Below are positions 17,196-25,545 of a DNA stretch of 64,000 bases, one piece after another. The DNA is from Dehalococcoidia bacterium. GTDB lineage: Bacteria > Chloroflexota > Dehalococcoidia > Lucifugimonadales > UBA2985. Position numbers and translations under genes: made by a program. Position 1 is the first letter of the stretch. Every line of letters begins with the position of its first letter. Location of the stretch: NCBI GenBank assembly GCA_965218945.1, contig OZ244718.1, positions 1,981,700 through 2,045,699 of the forward strand. The letters are read 5' to 3'. The notes under the pieces were generated by a model, which ran no database searches, was not told the DNA's origin, and saw nothing but the letters and a program-made list of their open reading frames with translations.

Positions 17196-19933
17196 ACGCA
17201 AAGCAAATCAGACCGAGTGAAGACCCACTCCAGGTCTTTATCAGCAGCCGCCAGGATCCAAAAGACGTGGAAATGTCCCGAGTCAGGTCTTTGGCCGTCA
17301 AAGAGGTGGACGGTTTCCCATTGACGAAGGTCTGGGCCTTCGAAGACGCTCCCGCTAGTTCCGAAACCGCCCGCGACCGGTACGTCAGAAACGCAGGCGG
17401 GGCGGACATGGTGATCTGGCTCATCGGTTCAACGACCACCACACCAATAGTCGAAGAAATAAGCGCCTGCATGAGGGCCCAGGGAAGACTCCTCGCCTTC
17501 ATGCTTCCCGCAACTGAAAGAGACGACGAGACAGAGGCACTGGTCCGAAGAGTGTCGAACTACGCCACTTGGAAGACAGTTGAGAACGTAGACGACCTGT
17601 CGGACCATATCAGGGCATGTCTGACTGACGAGGTCTTGCGGAGGTACCGGGACCCGGCTCCAGTCAACCACGACCTGTACCTGAGGCAAAAGCACCGGGA
17701 GAGCATCGCGGATACCAAGCGCCTCTGGGCAACATTGGGAGTTCCAGAAGACATCGCCGGCGAACTCGCCGAGAACCACTCAGTTGGGCACAAACTGACA
17801 ATCCCCACTACAGGAACACTGACGGTAAATGCGCGGCAAGGATCTGGGAAGACGCTGGCAGCACATCGGCTATACCAGTTAGCGCTGCTAAACCGTCTGC
17901 AGGACCATTTCGAGCCCCTGCCTGTATTTCTGAACGCACGTAACATCAGCGGGGACCTGAAGGATCATATTGAGGGATATACGCGAGAACAAGGACCCGT
18001 CTACACCCAGAGAGTCCTGGTCATCATAGACGGTCTAGATGAAACAGGCCGCTCCAAGGCAAATCTGTTGCTCAACCAGGCACAGTCCTACACGGACGCA
18101 AACCAAAACGTGTCCGCGGTGGTGATCACCAGGCCGTTACCTGGCCTGAACGTCACAGCCGAAGATTACGCCCTGCCTGAGTGTGGTGAGGAGGAATTTC
18201 TTTCCATAGCGTCAAGAGTCGCAGGGCGCGAGGTCAAACAGTCTGAGATTCCTTTCCGTGAGTATCGGAGCCGACTTCCATTGTTCGCAACGATAGTCGG
18301 AGCGTACCTGAGACAACCCATGCCTATATGGGGAAGGACTCCGAGTCAAATAGTCAGCGAAATGGTTCGGCAAGTGCTGGGTGACTCACTTGACGACCTC
18401 GGAGATGCCACGGAATTCTTGAAAACTCTGGCTGTGACCTCTATCAACTCGGGAGAAAGTGTCGATAAAGCACTTGTGACAACGAAAACCTCCGAACAGG
18501 CTCTTGTGGCCAACTCACGAATCGTTGTGGAAGAAGGCGGCAAGTTCGACTTCACGCTGGCAATTTTCAGGGAGTGGTTCGCCGCCAGGGCCATTGTGGA
18601 GGGGTCAATCTCCTTTGAAGAAATTGAGCTGAACTCCGACAGGTGGATAGTCCCGCTGGCCATCGCCATCAACTCGGAAAACCCGAACATCGGCCGAGAG
18701 ATCATGGAGAAACTCGCCTCCTTAGACCCAGGGATGGCCGGGCCGGTACTGGAAGAGGTCAAGCATAACTGGTCTAAGGAAAAACACTCGGAATCACTCC
18801 CTCCAGGCACAGCAATGGAGATAGGCACCAGCATCAGAAGCGCCATGGAAAACTGGAAGGACGGACTTGGCCCCCTGATGTCTTCGCTGGGAATGCAGGC
18901 AAAGAGCAGAAACGTTCCGACACTGGGAATCGACGTACGATCAGGATGGGTCACCACCAGTTGGTACAGAGGAGACAAAGAACTTGCACCCATAGTCCAA
19001 CTTCCCAAGGATCTGCGAGAGCCCTACAAGAGGCATTATGAGGACTGGCCCAGATTGAAGGCGAGGGGCATAGAATCCACCAGAGTCTGGCCATGGAGTA
19101 TCACTCACGATGAACTATCCCAGTCACTGTCGGAACAACTCAAAAGCTTTAGACTCGCACTGGAATTGCCAGTAGGATTTCATGAATTTGCCTATGACTT
19201 TACTAGCTACTTGCGCAAGAACCATTTCGAGGCAAGGGACATAGATACTCCAACTGACGTAGTTGACTACGTTGATAAGTGGCTACGGGAGCTGAATGGA
19301 GACCCGAGAAGTTCCGTTATGTTCGGCATCCGCGGGTATTCCTTCACGGCGCCGGATCTAGAACTATTCCGAGAAATGGTCTCCGAACTCTCTCGGAACG
19401 GTACAGACATCCTTGTGGATCCCTGGCCGCCGCCAGACAAAGAATGGTCTCCGGGGAGAAGAGGAGGGATGTGGTTCGAGCGTTACACTGAAGAAGGGTT
19501 ACTTCAGCGTACGAATGCAATTTTCAACGGAGCACTGCAAATCTATAACCGCATAGTGGAACGGTGGCTCCCTGCGTTCGATAAGAGGAACCAAATGAGA
19601 TACATGCTACCCTTTCGAATGAGTGGTGAACTGAGACTACTGGAAGCCAGCAAACCGAACGATCGGAAAGAGGCAGTTCTCGTCCACTGGAACGAATGGG
19701 TAGACGATATCGCCGACTCGGGGGTATTCATAGAAATGGGACGAAAGGAGAGGAACATCGACGACGATACTCGGAAGAGAATGCAGGCAGCCCAAGAAAC
19801 ATTCATCGAACACGGAAGACCAAATTACAGCGGCTGGGGGGTTCTCCATGGTTACGAACCCAGACCAGCAACTACACTCGCACACGAGTGGCTGACAAAC
19901 GACCTCCGAGAACTTCATTGGGCAGAGAGGTAA
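17192..19933 (+). CDS. STAND (NACHT-type) NTPase with DUF4062-like N-terminal domain and unknown C-terminal domain
   Basis: 913 aa. N-terminus VFISSRQD...ADMVIWLIGS...EEISAC has DUF4062-like topology. Walker A ARQGSGKT, Walker B VLVIIDGLDETG. The C-terminal region of about 500 aa has no repeats (no TPR/WD/LRR). Confidence 0.75.
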   Translation: MNAKQIRPSEDPLQVFISSRQDPKDVEMSRVRSLAVKEVDGFPLTKVWAFEDAPASSETARDRYVRNAGGADMVIWLIGSTTTTPIVEEISACMRAQGRLLAFMLPATERDDETEALVRRVSNYATWKTVENVDDLSDHIRACLTDEVLRRYRDPAPVNHDLYLRQKHRESIADTKRLWATLGVPEDIAGELAENHSVGHKLTIPTTGTLTVNARQGSGKTLAAHRLYQLALLNRLQDHFEPLPVFLNARNISGDLKDHIEGYTREQGPVYTQRVLVIIDGLDETGRSKANLLLNQAQSYTDANQNVSAVVITRPLPGLNVTAEDYALPECGEEEFLSIASRVAGREVKQSEIPFREYRSRLPLFATIVGAYLRQPMPIWGRTPSQIVSEMVRQVLGDSLDDLGDATEFLKTLAVTSINSGESVDKALVTTKTSEQALVANSRIVVEEGGKFDFTLAIFREWFAARAIVEGSISFEEIELNSDRWIVPLAIAINSENPNIGREIMEKLASLDPGMAGPVLEEVKHNWSKEKHSESLPPGTAMEIGTSIRSAMENWKDGLGPLMSSLGMQAKSRNVPTLGIDVRSGWVTTSWYRGDKELAPIVQLPKDLREPYKRHYEDWPRLKARGIESTRVWPWSITHDELSQSLSEQLKSFRLALELPVGFHEFAYDFTSYLRKNHFEARDIDTPTDVVDYVDKWLRELNGDPRSSVMFGIRGYSFTAPDLELFREMVSELSRNGTDILVDPWPPPDKEWSPGRRGGMWFERYTEEGLLQRTNAIFNGALQIYNRIVERWLPAFDKRNQMRYMLPFRMSGELRLLEASKPNDRKEAVLVHWNEWVDDIADSGVFIEMGRKERNIDDDTRKRMQAAQETFIEHGRPNYSGWGVLHGYEPRPATTLAHEWLTNDLRELHWAER

Positions 19934-20789
19934 CGTCCAGCCACCTAGCCCAAGCACGCTTGAGAAGGTGAAGAACCGGATTTTTGTTCCTGTCCCAAAG
20001 AGTCTTGAGCAAGCGGTCCAAGCTAGTGGTGGTACCAAAGATTTCTATGTCCGATTTGACACCATTCGATGAGGCAAAACTCGGTTGAACCGGCTGTGCA
20101 AAGGCTGGTAGGATGCTGCCATTACGAATATTCCAAGACCGATCCTTCACGCAAGCTGCTCCACCAAACCAAAACGACCGGGCGACAGTGCATTTGCGGC
20201 CCGGGGCAAACTGTACCTATCAGTTCATGACGCAAGATTTGCGATTCCTCAGATCAGGACCTCCCAGCGGAAAGTTCGCAATTCAGCCTTGGCAGACCCA
20301 CCAGACTTGATAAAATCAAGAACTTTTACGTTGAGCTTCGTCCTGAACCTATAGTGGGACCTTGATTCACCCTCGTTTCGGGCAATGATTGCCGCGAGCG
20401 GCGAAGGAAGGTCCGGCGTTTGGGGCTCCGCCCGTCCGAAGTTTGCCTTCACTCTCCCATGGCCGACCAGAGCCTTCGCCGTGTCGCTCTTGCGTCGTAG
20501 TATCCTGGGTTGGGGAATGGGGAGTCTTAACGACAGTCTCCGGCAGTGTATACTGAGGTGGCCTGGGATTCTTCATCGCAGTCCCATTATCGCCGACGGC
20601 CTACAAAGGCCACAGCGCCAGTTCGCTGAGAAGCTTAGACATGGCCTTGAATGCCACGGGATTGATGTTGAAATGGCTCACATTGCCGATATGGCTACCC
20701 ATCCCTTGGGGGCTAAAGCAGAGAAGGAAGTGTAAGTAACGAGGGTCATTAACAACTGATCCACCCAACAGCCTATTATAGCAAAGGAG

Positions 20790-22133
20790 GTGATGGTATT
20801 GAGATCAAGCAGAATTCGGTTTTGGACTCTAGGGCTGGTCAGCGGCGTAACGCTAGCGCTGATCTTGGCTGGGTGTGAAGGACCGCCGACTCCCACGTCC
20901 ACTCCAACTCCGACGTCCACAGCTGTTCCAACATTAACAGCTGCTCCGACAGCAACACCAGTCCCTATGCCCACACCCACCTCGTTTACTCCACCTCCGA
21001 CGTCCACAGCTATTCCAACGCTGACACCTGCTCCGACAGCGACACCAGTCCCTACATCCACACCAACCTCCACTTTGGAGCCCAGCTCCGGTCTCTTGGA
21101 CAAGCTGTCTCTGATACCAGCGCAATTCAAAGACCAAGGGGTGTGGTATGGCGATATGGGTCGCGCACTGGAGATAGCCGGCGTTCAAGCGCCGCGTAAC
21201 CAAGATGACTTAAGGCAATCAATCAGTGCCCGGGATGCGTACAGTGACGCGGGCCGTGGAATCGTCCTGGCCCCAGGATTCCTGGGCGGCGTGTTCGGCG
21301 AACAAGAGTGGGAGGAGGTCTTCGGATTCAATGGTTACGAAGTAGCTCAGGCCTTGAGCTTCGGCGAGACGAGTTCAAGGCCACTCTCCGCGGCGTATTT
21401 GGAAGGTGACTTTGACGATAATGCAATTCGGCAGAAGCTCGTGGACCTTGGGTATGAGGAGAAAGAGGCCTTCGGCCGGACCTACTTCTCGATAAGGGAT
21501 GACTATACGTGGGGTTCCTTTGCAAGGCCGGATGCGTTTGCTCATGGCGCAATGAACCGCGTTTACGTGAGCGGCGCTGCTCTAATCGCCTCTCCGGCTA
21601 CCGAGTATGTCACCGGCATGCTGGCGGCCTGGGCGAACGAATCGCCATCACTGGCAGATGACTCAGCCTTCTCCAGCATAGCACTCGCACTGGGTGACCC
21701 ACTTTCGGCAGGGCTCCTCACCAGGGAGGCTATCCTGGACTATGAGTTTGGCGACTCGGTAGCCCTATCGCAGTACGAGAAGCCGGCGGAGTGGGGCACG
21801 CTTCACGAGTGGTCCGACATGGGAGCTAGCTACGGACGAGGCGAGGAAGGCCAATGGTGGGTCTTATCCCTCTTCTACTCCGAGCCGGACGCAGCAGATG
21901 CCGACGCAGCTGAGCTCATCCAGCGCATGCGAGGGTACGATACTTCCTTAGCGTGGCTCGTCGAGCGGGGTTGGCTACAGCAGCCCATTGACCAATCATG
22001 CAGTCAACTTACGGCGGACACCCGGCAACATGAGGATGGGTCGACCTTGAGCATTCGTTGCACAATGACAGAGGACGGGACAACGGCATTGCATCTGGTG
22101 GACCTCCGAGACCTGGGTTTTCTGCTACCATAA
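20790..22133 (+). CDS. Lipoprotein with Pro/Thr-rich linker, unknown C-terminal domain
   Basis: Signal peptide plus lipobox LILAGC. 65-aa P/T/S/A linker followed by a globular domain of about 350 aa with no family recognised. Confidence 0.7.
   Translation: MMVLRSSRIRFWTLGLVSGVTLALILAGCEGPPTPTSTPTPTSTAVPTLTAAPTATPVPMPTPTSFTPPPTSTAIPTLTPAPTATPVPTSTPTSTLEPSSGLLDKLSLIPAQFKDQGVWYGDMGRALEIAGVQAPRNQDDLRQSISARDAYSDAGRGIVLAPGFLGGVFGEQEWEEVFGFNGYEVAQALSFGETSSRPLSAAYLEGDFDDNAIRQKLVDLGYEEKEAFGRTYFSIRDDYTWGSFARPDAFAHGAMNRVYVSGAALIASPATEYVTGMLAAWANESPSLADDSAFSSIALALGDPLSAGLLTREAILDYEFGDSVALSQYEKPAEWGTLHEWSDMGASYGRGEEGQWWVLSLFYSEPDAADADAAELIQRMRGYDTSLAWLVERGWLQQPIDQSCSQLTADTRQHEDGSTLSIRCTMTEDGTTALHLVDLRDLGFLLP
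20910..21083 (+). repeat. Tandem 2 x 87-bp in-frame repeat inside the PT linker
   Basis: Unit 1 PTSTAVPTLTAAPTATPVPMPTPTSFTPP versus unit 2 PTSTAIPTLTPAPTATPVPTSTPTSTLEP. The nucleotide units align with scattered substitutions. Confidence 0.8.
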
Positions 22134-22438
22134 CGTCGAAAGTACCCTTGACATTACCCCCGAAGTTAGTATCAATGGCTGGTAGAATCCACTTGGCTGG
22201 ACTCGAACTGCTCAAATGCGGCTGAGGCAACAGACCTGTCTCTCAACCATCGAGCTACTTGATTGAATCAGAATCTATAACCCATGAGTAACGCAGTTTT
22301 TGGTGTCGATTGACTAATATGTATGGACATGCTCACCATGAGCGGAAAGAGATGTCGGTACAAACAACTTGGGAATATTGGGAAGGCGTCTGGTCTTGTT
22401 CCATTTCGCCCATCGTCCTATCCTTTAACCATAATCAG

Positions 22439-23257
22439 ATGATTGCAAGAGTCTCAAGCGCTGTTGTAGGTATCCCTCTGGTGCTGGCTGCCGTCTGGGC
22501 GGGCGCGCCCTGGTTCTCCCTGTTGGCGGCAGTCGCGGGATCTCTTGGTGTGCTGGAGTTCTACAGACTCGCGGAGGAGCGAGAGGCGCGGCCCGAAGTC
22601 GTCTTGGGCATCGGGTGGACGCTGCTCTTAATAATCAGCGGGCACCAGGGCGGCTCGTTGACTATGTGGGCGCTTCTTGGTGGAGGAGCGGCCGTCTTTG
22701 CATGGCACCAACTGGGTCGACTGAGAAGACTGTGGGGAGCGCCGTCGCTCGGCTTCCGGGACGCCATGCGCGACTACGGCTATACCACTGCGGGCGCCAT
22801 CTACCTTGGGTGGCCCCTTTCGCTAGCGCTGGTCCTGCGCGCCGAGGTGCAGGGCCTGGAGTGGATTCTGATAGTCCTGTTAGGGACCTTCGCAACCGAT
22901 ACGGGGGCTTTCTTCACGGGCAGGGCAATTGGCAGAAGGCCCCTTGCGCCCAGTATAAGCCCAGGCAAGACGCAGGAGGGAGCTGTAGGAGGCTTCCTGG
23001 CAGGTGTTGGGGCGGTAATGGCCCTGGCTGCACTGCTCGACCTTCCACTGTCTATTCCGGAGTCGGCTGTGCTTGGGGCGCTGGTTGCCGTGGCCGGCCA
23101 GGTCGGCGACCTTGTGGAGTCGAAGATCAAGCGCTCAGCCGGAGCGAAGGACGCGGGCGGGCTTATCCCGGGCCACGGCGGAATTCTAGACCGGCTTGAT
23201 AGCGTTGTGTTCGTAATTATCGTGATATATGCTTTCTTTGTAATTGTTTCTCTGTAG
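22439..23257 (+). CDS. cdsA: Phosphatidate cytidylyltransferase
   Basis: Polytopic membrane protein with the C-terminal CdsA signature SKIKRSAGAKDAGGLIPGHGGILDRLDS. Start taken at MIARVSS (the ORF track starts at 22310). Confidence 0.88.
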   Translation: MIARVSSAVVGIPLVLAAVWAGAPWFSLLAAVAGSLGVLEFYRLAEEREARPEVVLGIGWTLLLIISGHQGGSLTMWALLGGGAAVFAWHQLGRLRRLWGAPSLGFRDAMRDYGYTTAGAIYLGWPLSLALVLRAEVQGLEWILIVLLGTFATDTGAFFTGRAIGRRPLAPSISPGKTQEGAVGGFLAGVGAVMALAALLDLPLSIPESAVLGALVAVAGQVGDLVESKIKRSAGAKDAGGLIPGHGGILDRLDSVVFVIIVIYAFFVIVSL

Positions 23258-23267
23258 GACGGGCAAT

Positions 23268-24395
23268 GTGAAGAGACTGGCTATATTGGGATCTACAGGC
23301 TCAATAGGAAGGCAGACACTGGACATAGTGCGAGCTTTCCCTGAGGAGTTCTCCGTGGTAGGGCTCTCGGCAGGGCACAATCTAGATCTGCTTGCAGAGC
23401 AAGCCCGCGAGTTCCAGCCCAACGCGGTCTCCTGCGAGGAGCCTCCCGAAACCCTGGCGTCCAGTCTTCCCCCGGCGTGTCTGGTGGTCTCGCATGAAGA
23501 AGTCGCGAGCCATCCCGATGCGGACACGGTCATGGCGGCCAGCGTCGGAAAGGCGGGCCTGGCGCCCATATTGGCCGCCATTCGGGCGCAGAAGACGGTG
23601 GCGCTGGCTAACAAGGAGCCGGTGGTCATGGCGGGGCATATAGTCATGGGCGAGGCAAGACGCCTAGGGGTGGATATCCTCCCCGTGGACAGCGAGCCCA
23701 GCGCCATCTGGCAGTGCCTGCGCGGAGAGCAGAAAGACCTGTCCAGGGTGGTGATAACTGCTTCCGGGGGGGCTTTCAGAAACCGGCGCCGGGATGAGCT
23801 GGCTACGGTGACGCCGGAAGAGGCTTTGCAGCATCCAACCTGGAGCATGGGCAGGAAGATAACCATAGACTCCGCCACGCTGATGAACAAGGGCTTCGAG
23901 GTGATTGAGGCGCGCTGGCTCTTCGACCTGCCCTGGGAGAAGATAGACGTTGTTGTGCACCACCAGAGCATCATACACGCTATGGTGGAGTTCGCAGACG
24001 GCTCCGTGAAGGCGCAGCTGAGTCCCCCGGATATGCGCCTGCCAATCCAGTGCGCCCTCTTCTACCCCCAACGAGTGGAAAACGGCGCGCTGCCTCGGTT
24101 CAACCCGGTGGAGACGGGATCGCTCACCTTTGAGGCGCTGGATATAGACAGGTATCCCTGCTTCCGCCTGGCGTTGGAGGCCGGGAAGAAGGGAGCGACC
24201 TACCCTGCGGTGATAAGCGCCGCGGACGAGGTGGCCGTGGCCCTTTTCCTGGAGCGTCGCATCGCGTTTACGAGCATCCCGGATCTGGTGGAAGATGTCC
24301 TCTCGAAGCACACGCCCGTATCCACCCCCGGCCTGGAGGACATTCTCGACGCGGACGGGTGGGCCAGGGAGGCCGCCCGCGCCTGGGCAGGTTAG
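23268..24395 (+). CDS. dxr: 1-deoxy-D-xylulose 5-phosphate reductoisomerase
   Basis: KRLAILGSTGSIG NADPH motif, LANKE, ITASGG, HP.WSMG..ITIDSAT.MNKG.E. GTG start at 23268 chosen (the ORF track starts at 23244). Confidence 0.93.
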   Translation: MKRLAILGSTGSIGRQTLDIVRAFPEEFSVVGLSAGHNLDLLAEQAREFQPNAVSCEEPPETLASSLPPACLVVSHEEVASHPDADTVMAASVGKAGLAPILAAIRAQKTVALANKEPVVMAGHIVMGEARRLGVDILPVDSEPSAIWQCLRGEQKDLSRVVITASGGAFRNRRRDELATVTPEEALQHPTWSMGRKITIDSATLMNKGFEVIEARWLFDLPWEKIDVVVHHQSIIHAMVEFADGSVKAQLSPPDMRLPIQCALFYPQRVENGALPRFNPVETGSLTFEALDIDRYPCFRLALEAGKKGATYPAVISAADEVAVALFLERRIAFTSIPDLVEDVLSKHTPVSTPGLEDILDADGWAREAARAWAG

Positions 24396-24401
24396 GTAGA
24401 T

Positions 24402-25523
24402 ATGCTGGGCGGCGTCCTCGTAATAGTGGGTTTCTTCGTGATTCTGATGATTCACGAAGGCGGTCATCTGGTTGCTGCCAAGGCCTTTGGGATGAAGGCC
24501 ACCAAGTATTTCCTGGGCTTTGGGCCCACCCTGTGGTCCTTCAAGCGCGGGGAGACGGAGTACGGCGTCAAGGCTATTCCCGCCGGCGGGTTCGTCTCCA
24601 TTATAGGGATGAACCCCCTTGAGTACGTGTCGCCGGAGGAGGAACACCGCACGTACAGGGGCAGGCCCTTCTATCAGAAATCGGTGGTGGTGATGGCCGG
24701 CGTGGGTACCCACTTCATAATAGCCTTCATCCTCATATGGACTGCCAACGTTCTGATTGGCCGTCCGGACCCGGACCAGCCTCAGCTTGAGATAGCCCGG
24801 ATAGTGGCGGAAACAGCCGACGGATCTCCCACTGCCGCTGCCGAGGCTGGGCTGATGGCTGGTGACATGGTGCTTGCAATTGACGGAACGCCCCTCGAGA
24901 GGTGGAGCGACCTCACTACGGTCCTGCGGTCCAGCCCCAACCGCTTCGTGAGGATAGAGGTGGAGCGTAACGGAGAGCGGTTGACTCTGGGCGGGACGTT
25001 GACCTCACGCATAGACCCTGACACGGGCGAGGAGGCGGGATTCCTGGGCGTGTCCCCCGAGATAGGCAGGATCCGAGACACCCCCATCGCTGGGATCGGC
25101 ACTGCCGCCGGCAGGGTTGCCACTTTTGCGCAACTGAGCGTCAGGGGGGTATGGGAGCTTGTCAGCAACTTCGGCAGCTATGTAAGCGCCGTCTTCAACA
25201 GCGACGATGAGGCCATTAACGAGGTGCGCCCGGTGAGCGTGATAGGCATTACCCAGTTCGGCGCGGCCACCCAGAGGTCCGGCCTCAACTTCACGCTGGA
25301 GCTGATAGCCTACGTAAGCGTATTTGTCGGGGTGCTGAACGCCGTACCTCTGTATCCATTCGACGGGGGCCACTTCGCGGTCGCCCTCTACCAGAAGGTC
25401 ACAGGGAGGCAGCCGGACATACGAAAGCTGGCGCCCATCGGCGCGCTGGTGTTCTTCTTCATAGTAATGGTCGGTTTACTGGGCGTCTATTTTGATATAG
25501 TCCACCCTCTGGACTTCGGCTAG
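24402..25523 (+). CDS. rseP: RseP-type site-2 metalloprotease (M50) with PDZ domain
   Basis: HEGGH zinc motif at the N-terminus, central PDZ (AAAEAGLMAGDMVLAIDG), C-terminal NAVPLYPFDGG motif. Confidence 0.9.
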   Translation: MLGGVLVIVGFFVILMIHEGGHLVAAKAFGMKATKYFLGFGPTLWSFKRGETEYGVKAIPAGGFVSIIGMNPLEYVSPEEEHRTYRGRPFYQKSVVVMAGVGTHFIIAFILIWTANVLIGRPDPDQPQLEIARIVAETADGSPTAAAEAGLMAGDMVLAIDGTPLERWSDLTTVLRSSPNRFVRIEVERNGERLTLGGTLTSRIDPDTGEEAGFLGVSPEIGRIRDTPIAGIGTAAGRVATFAQLSVRGVWELVSNFGSYVSAVFNSDDEAINEVRPVSVIGITQFGAATQRSGLNFTLELIAYVSVFVGVLNAVPLYPFDGGHFAVALYQKVTGRQPDIRKLAPIGALVFFFIVMVGLLGVYFDIVHPLDFG

Positions 25524-25545
25524 AGACGGCAAATGAGGTATTGAG

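Noticed and set aside
20880-21090. Short-period repeats at 20880-21090 and 50900-51030 as a possible CRISPR array.
   Set aside because: The repeats are in-frame codon repeats (ACN/CCN) inside ORFs with signal peptides. There is no repeat-spacer architecture and no cas genes.
20678-21130. Gly/Val-rich minus-strand ORFs at 20678..21130 and 50353..51087.
   Set aside because: They are the reverse complement of the Pro/Thr linker-coding tracts of the lipoprotein and the S1 protease, not independent genes.
22176-22262. tRNA-like sequence on the minus strand: GTAGCTCGATGGTTGAGAG (D-arm-like) ... GTTCGAGTCCAGCCAAGTGGA (T-loop/acceptor-like), upstream of cdsA.
   Set aside because: I could not fold a cloverleaf. 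The T-stem 5' strand (AGCAG) does not pair with CCAGC, no anticodon stem forms, and the acceptor strands are not complementary. At best it is a decayed tRNA or an att-site relic. Run tRNAscan-SE or ARAGORN to confirm.
23664-24713. Long ORFs antisense to well-supported genes. Examples: 157..735, 23186..23974, 23664..24713, 28644..29477, 29123..30025, 33236..34426, 45840..46859, 53586..54542, 54617..55600, 56237..57400, 59453..60514 and 39015..39824.
   Set aside because: Each lies opposite a gene with unmistakable family motifs. Their translations are Arg/Pro/Gly/His/Ala-rich with no motifs, which is typical of shadow ORFs in GC-rich DNA.
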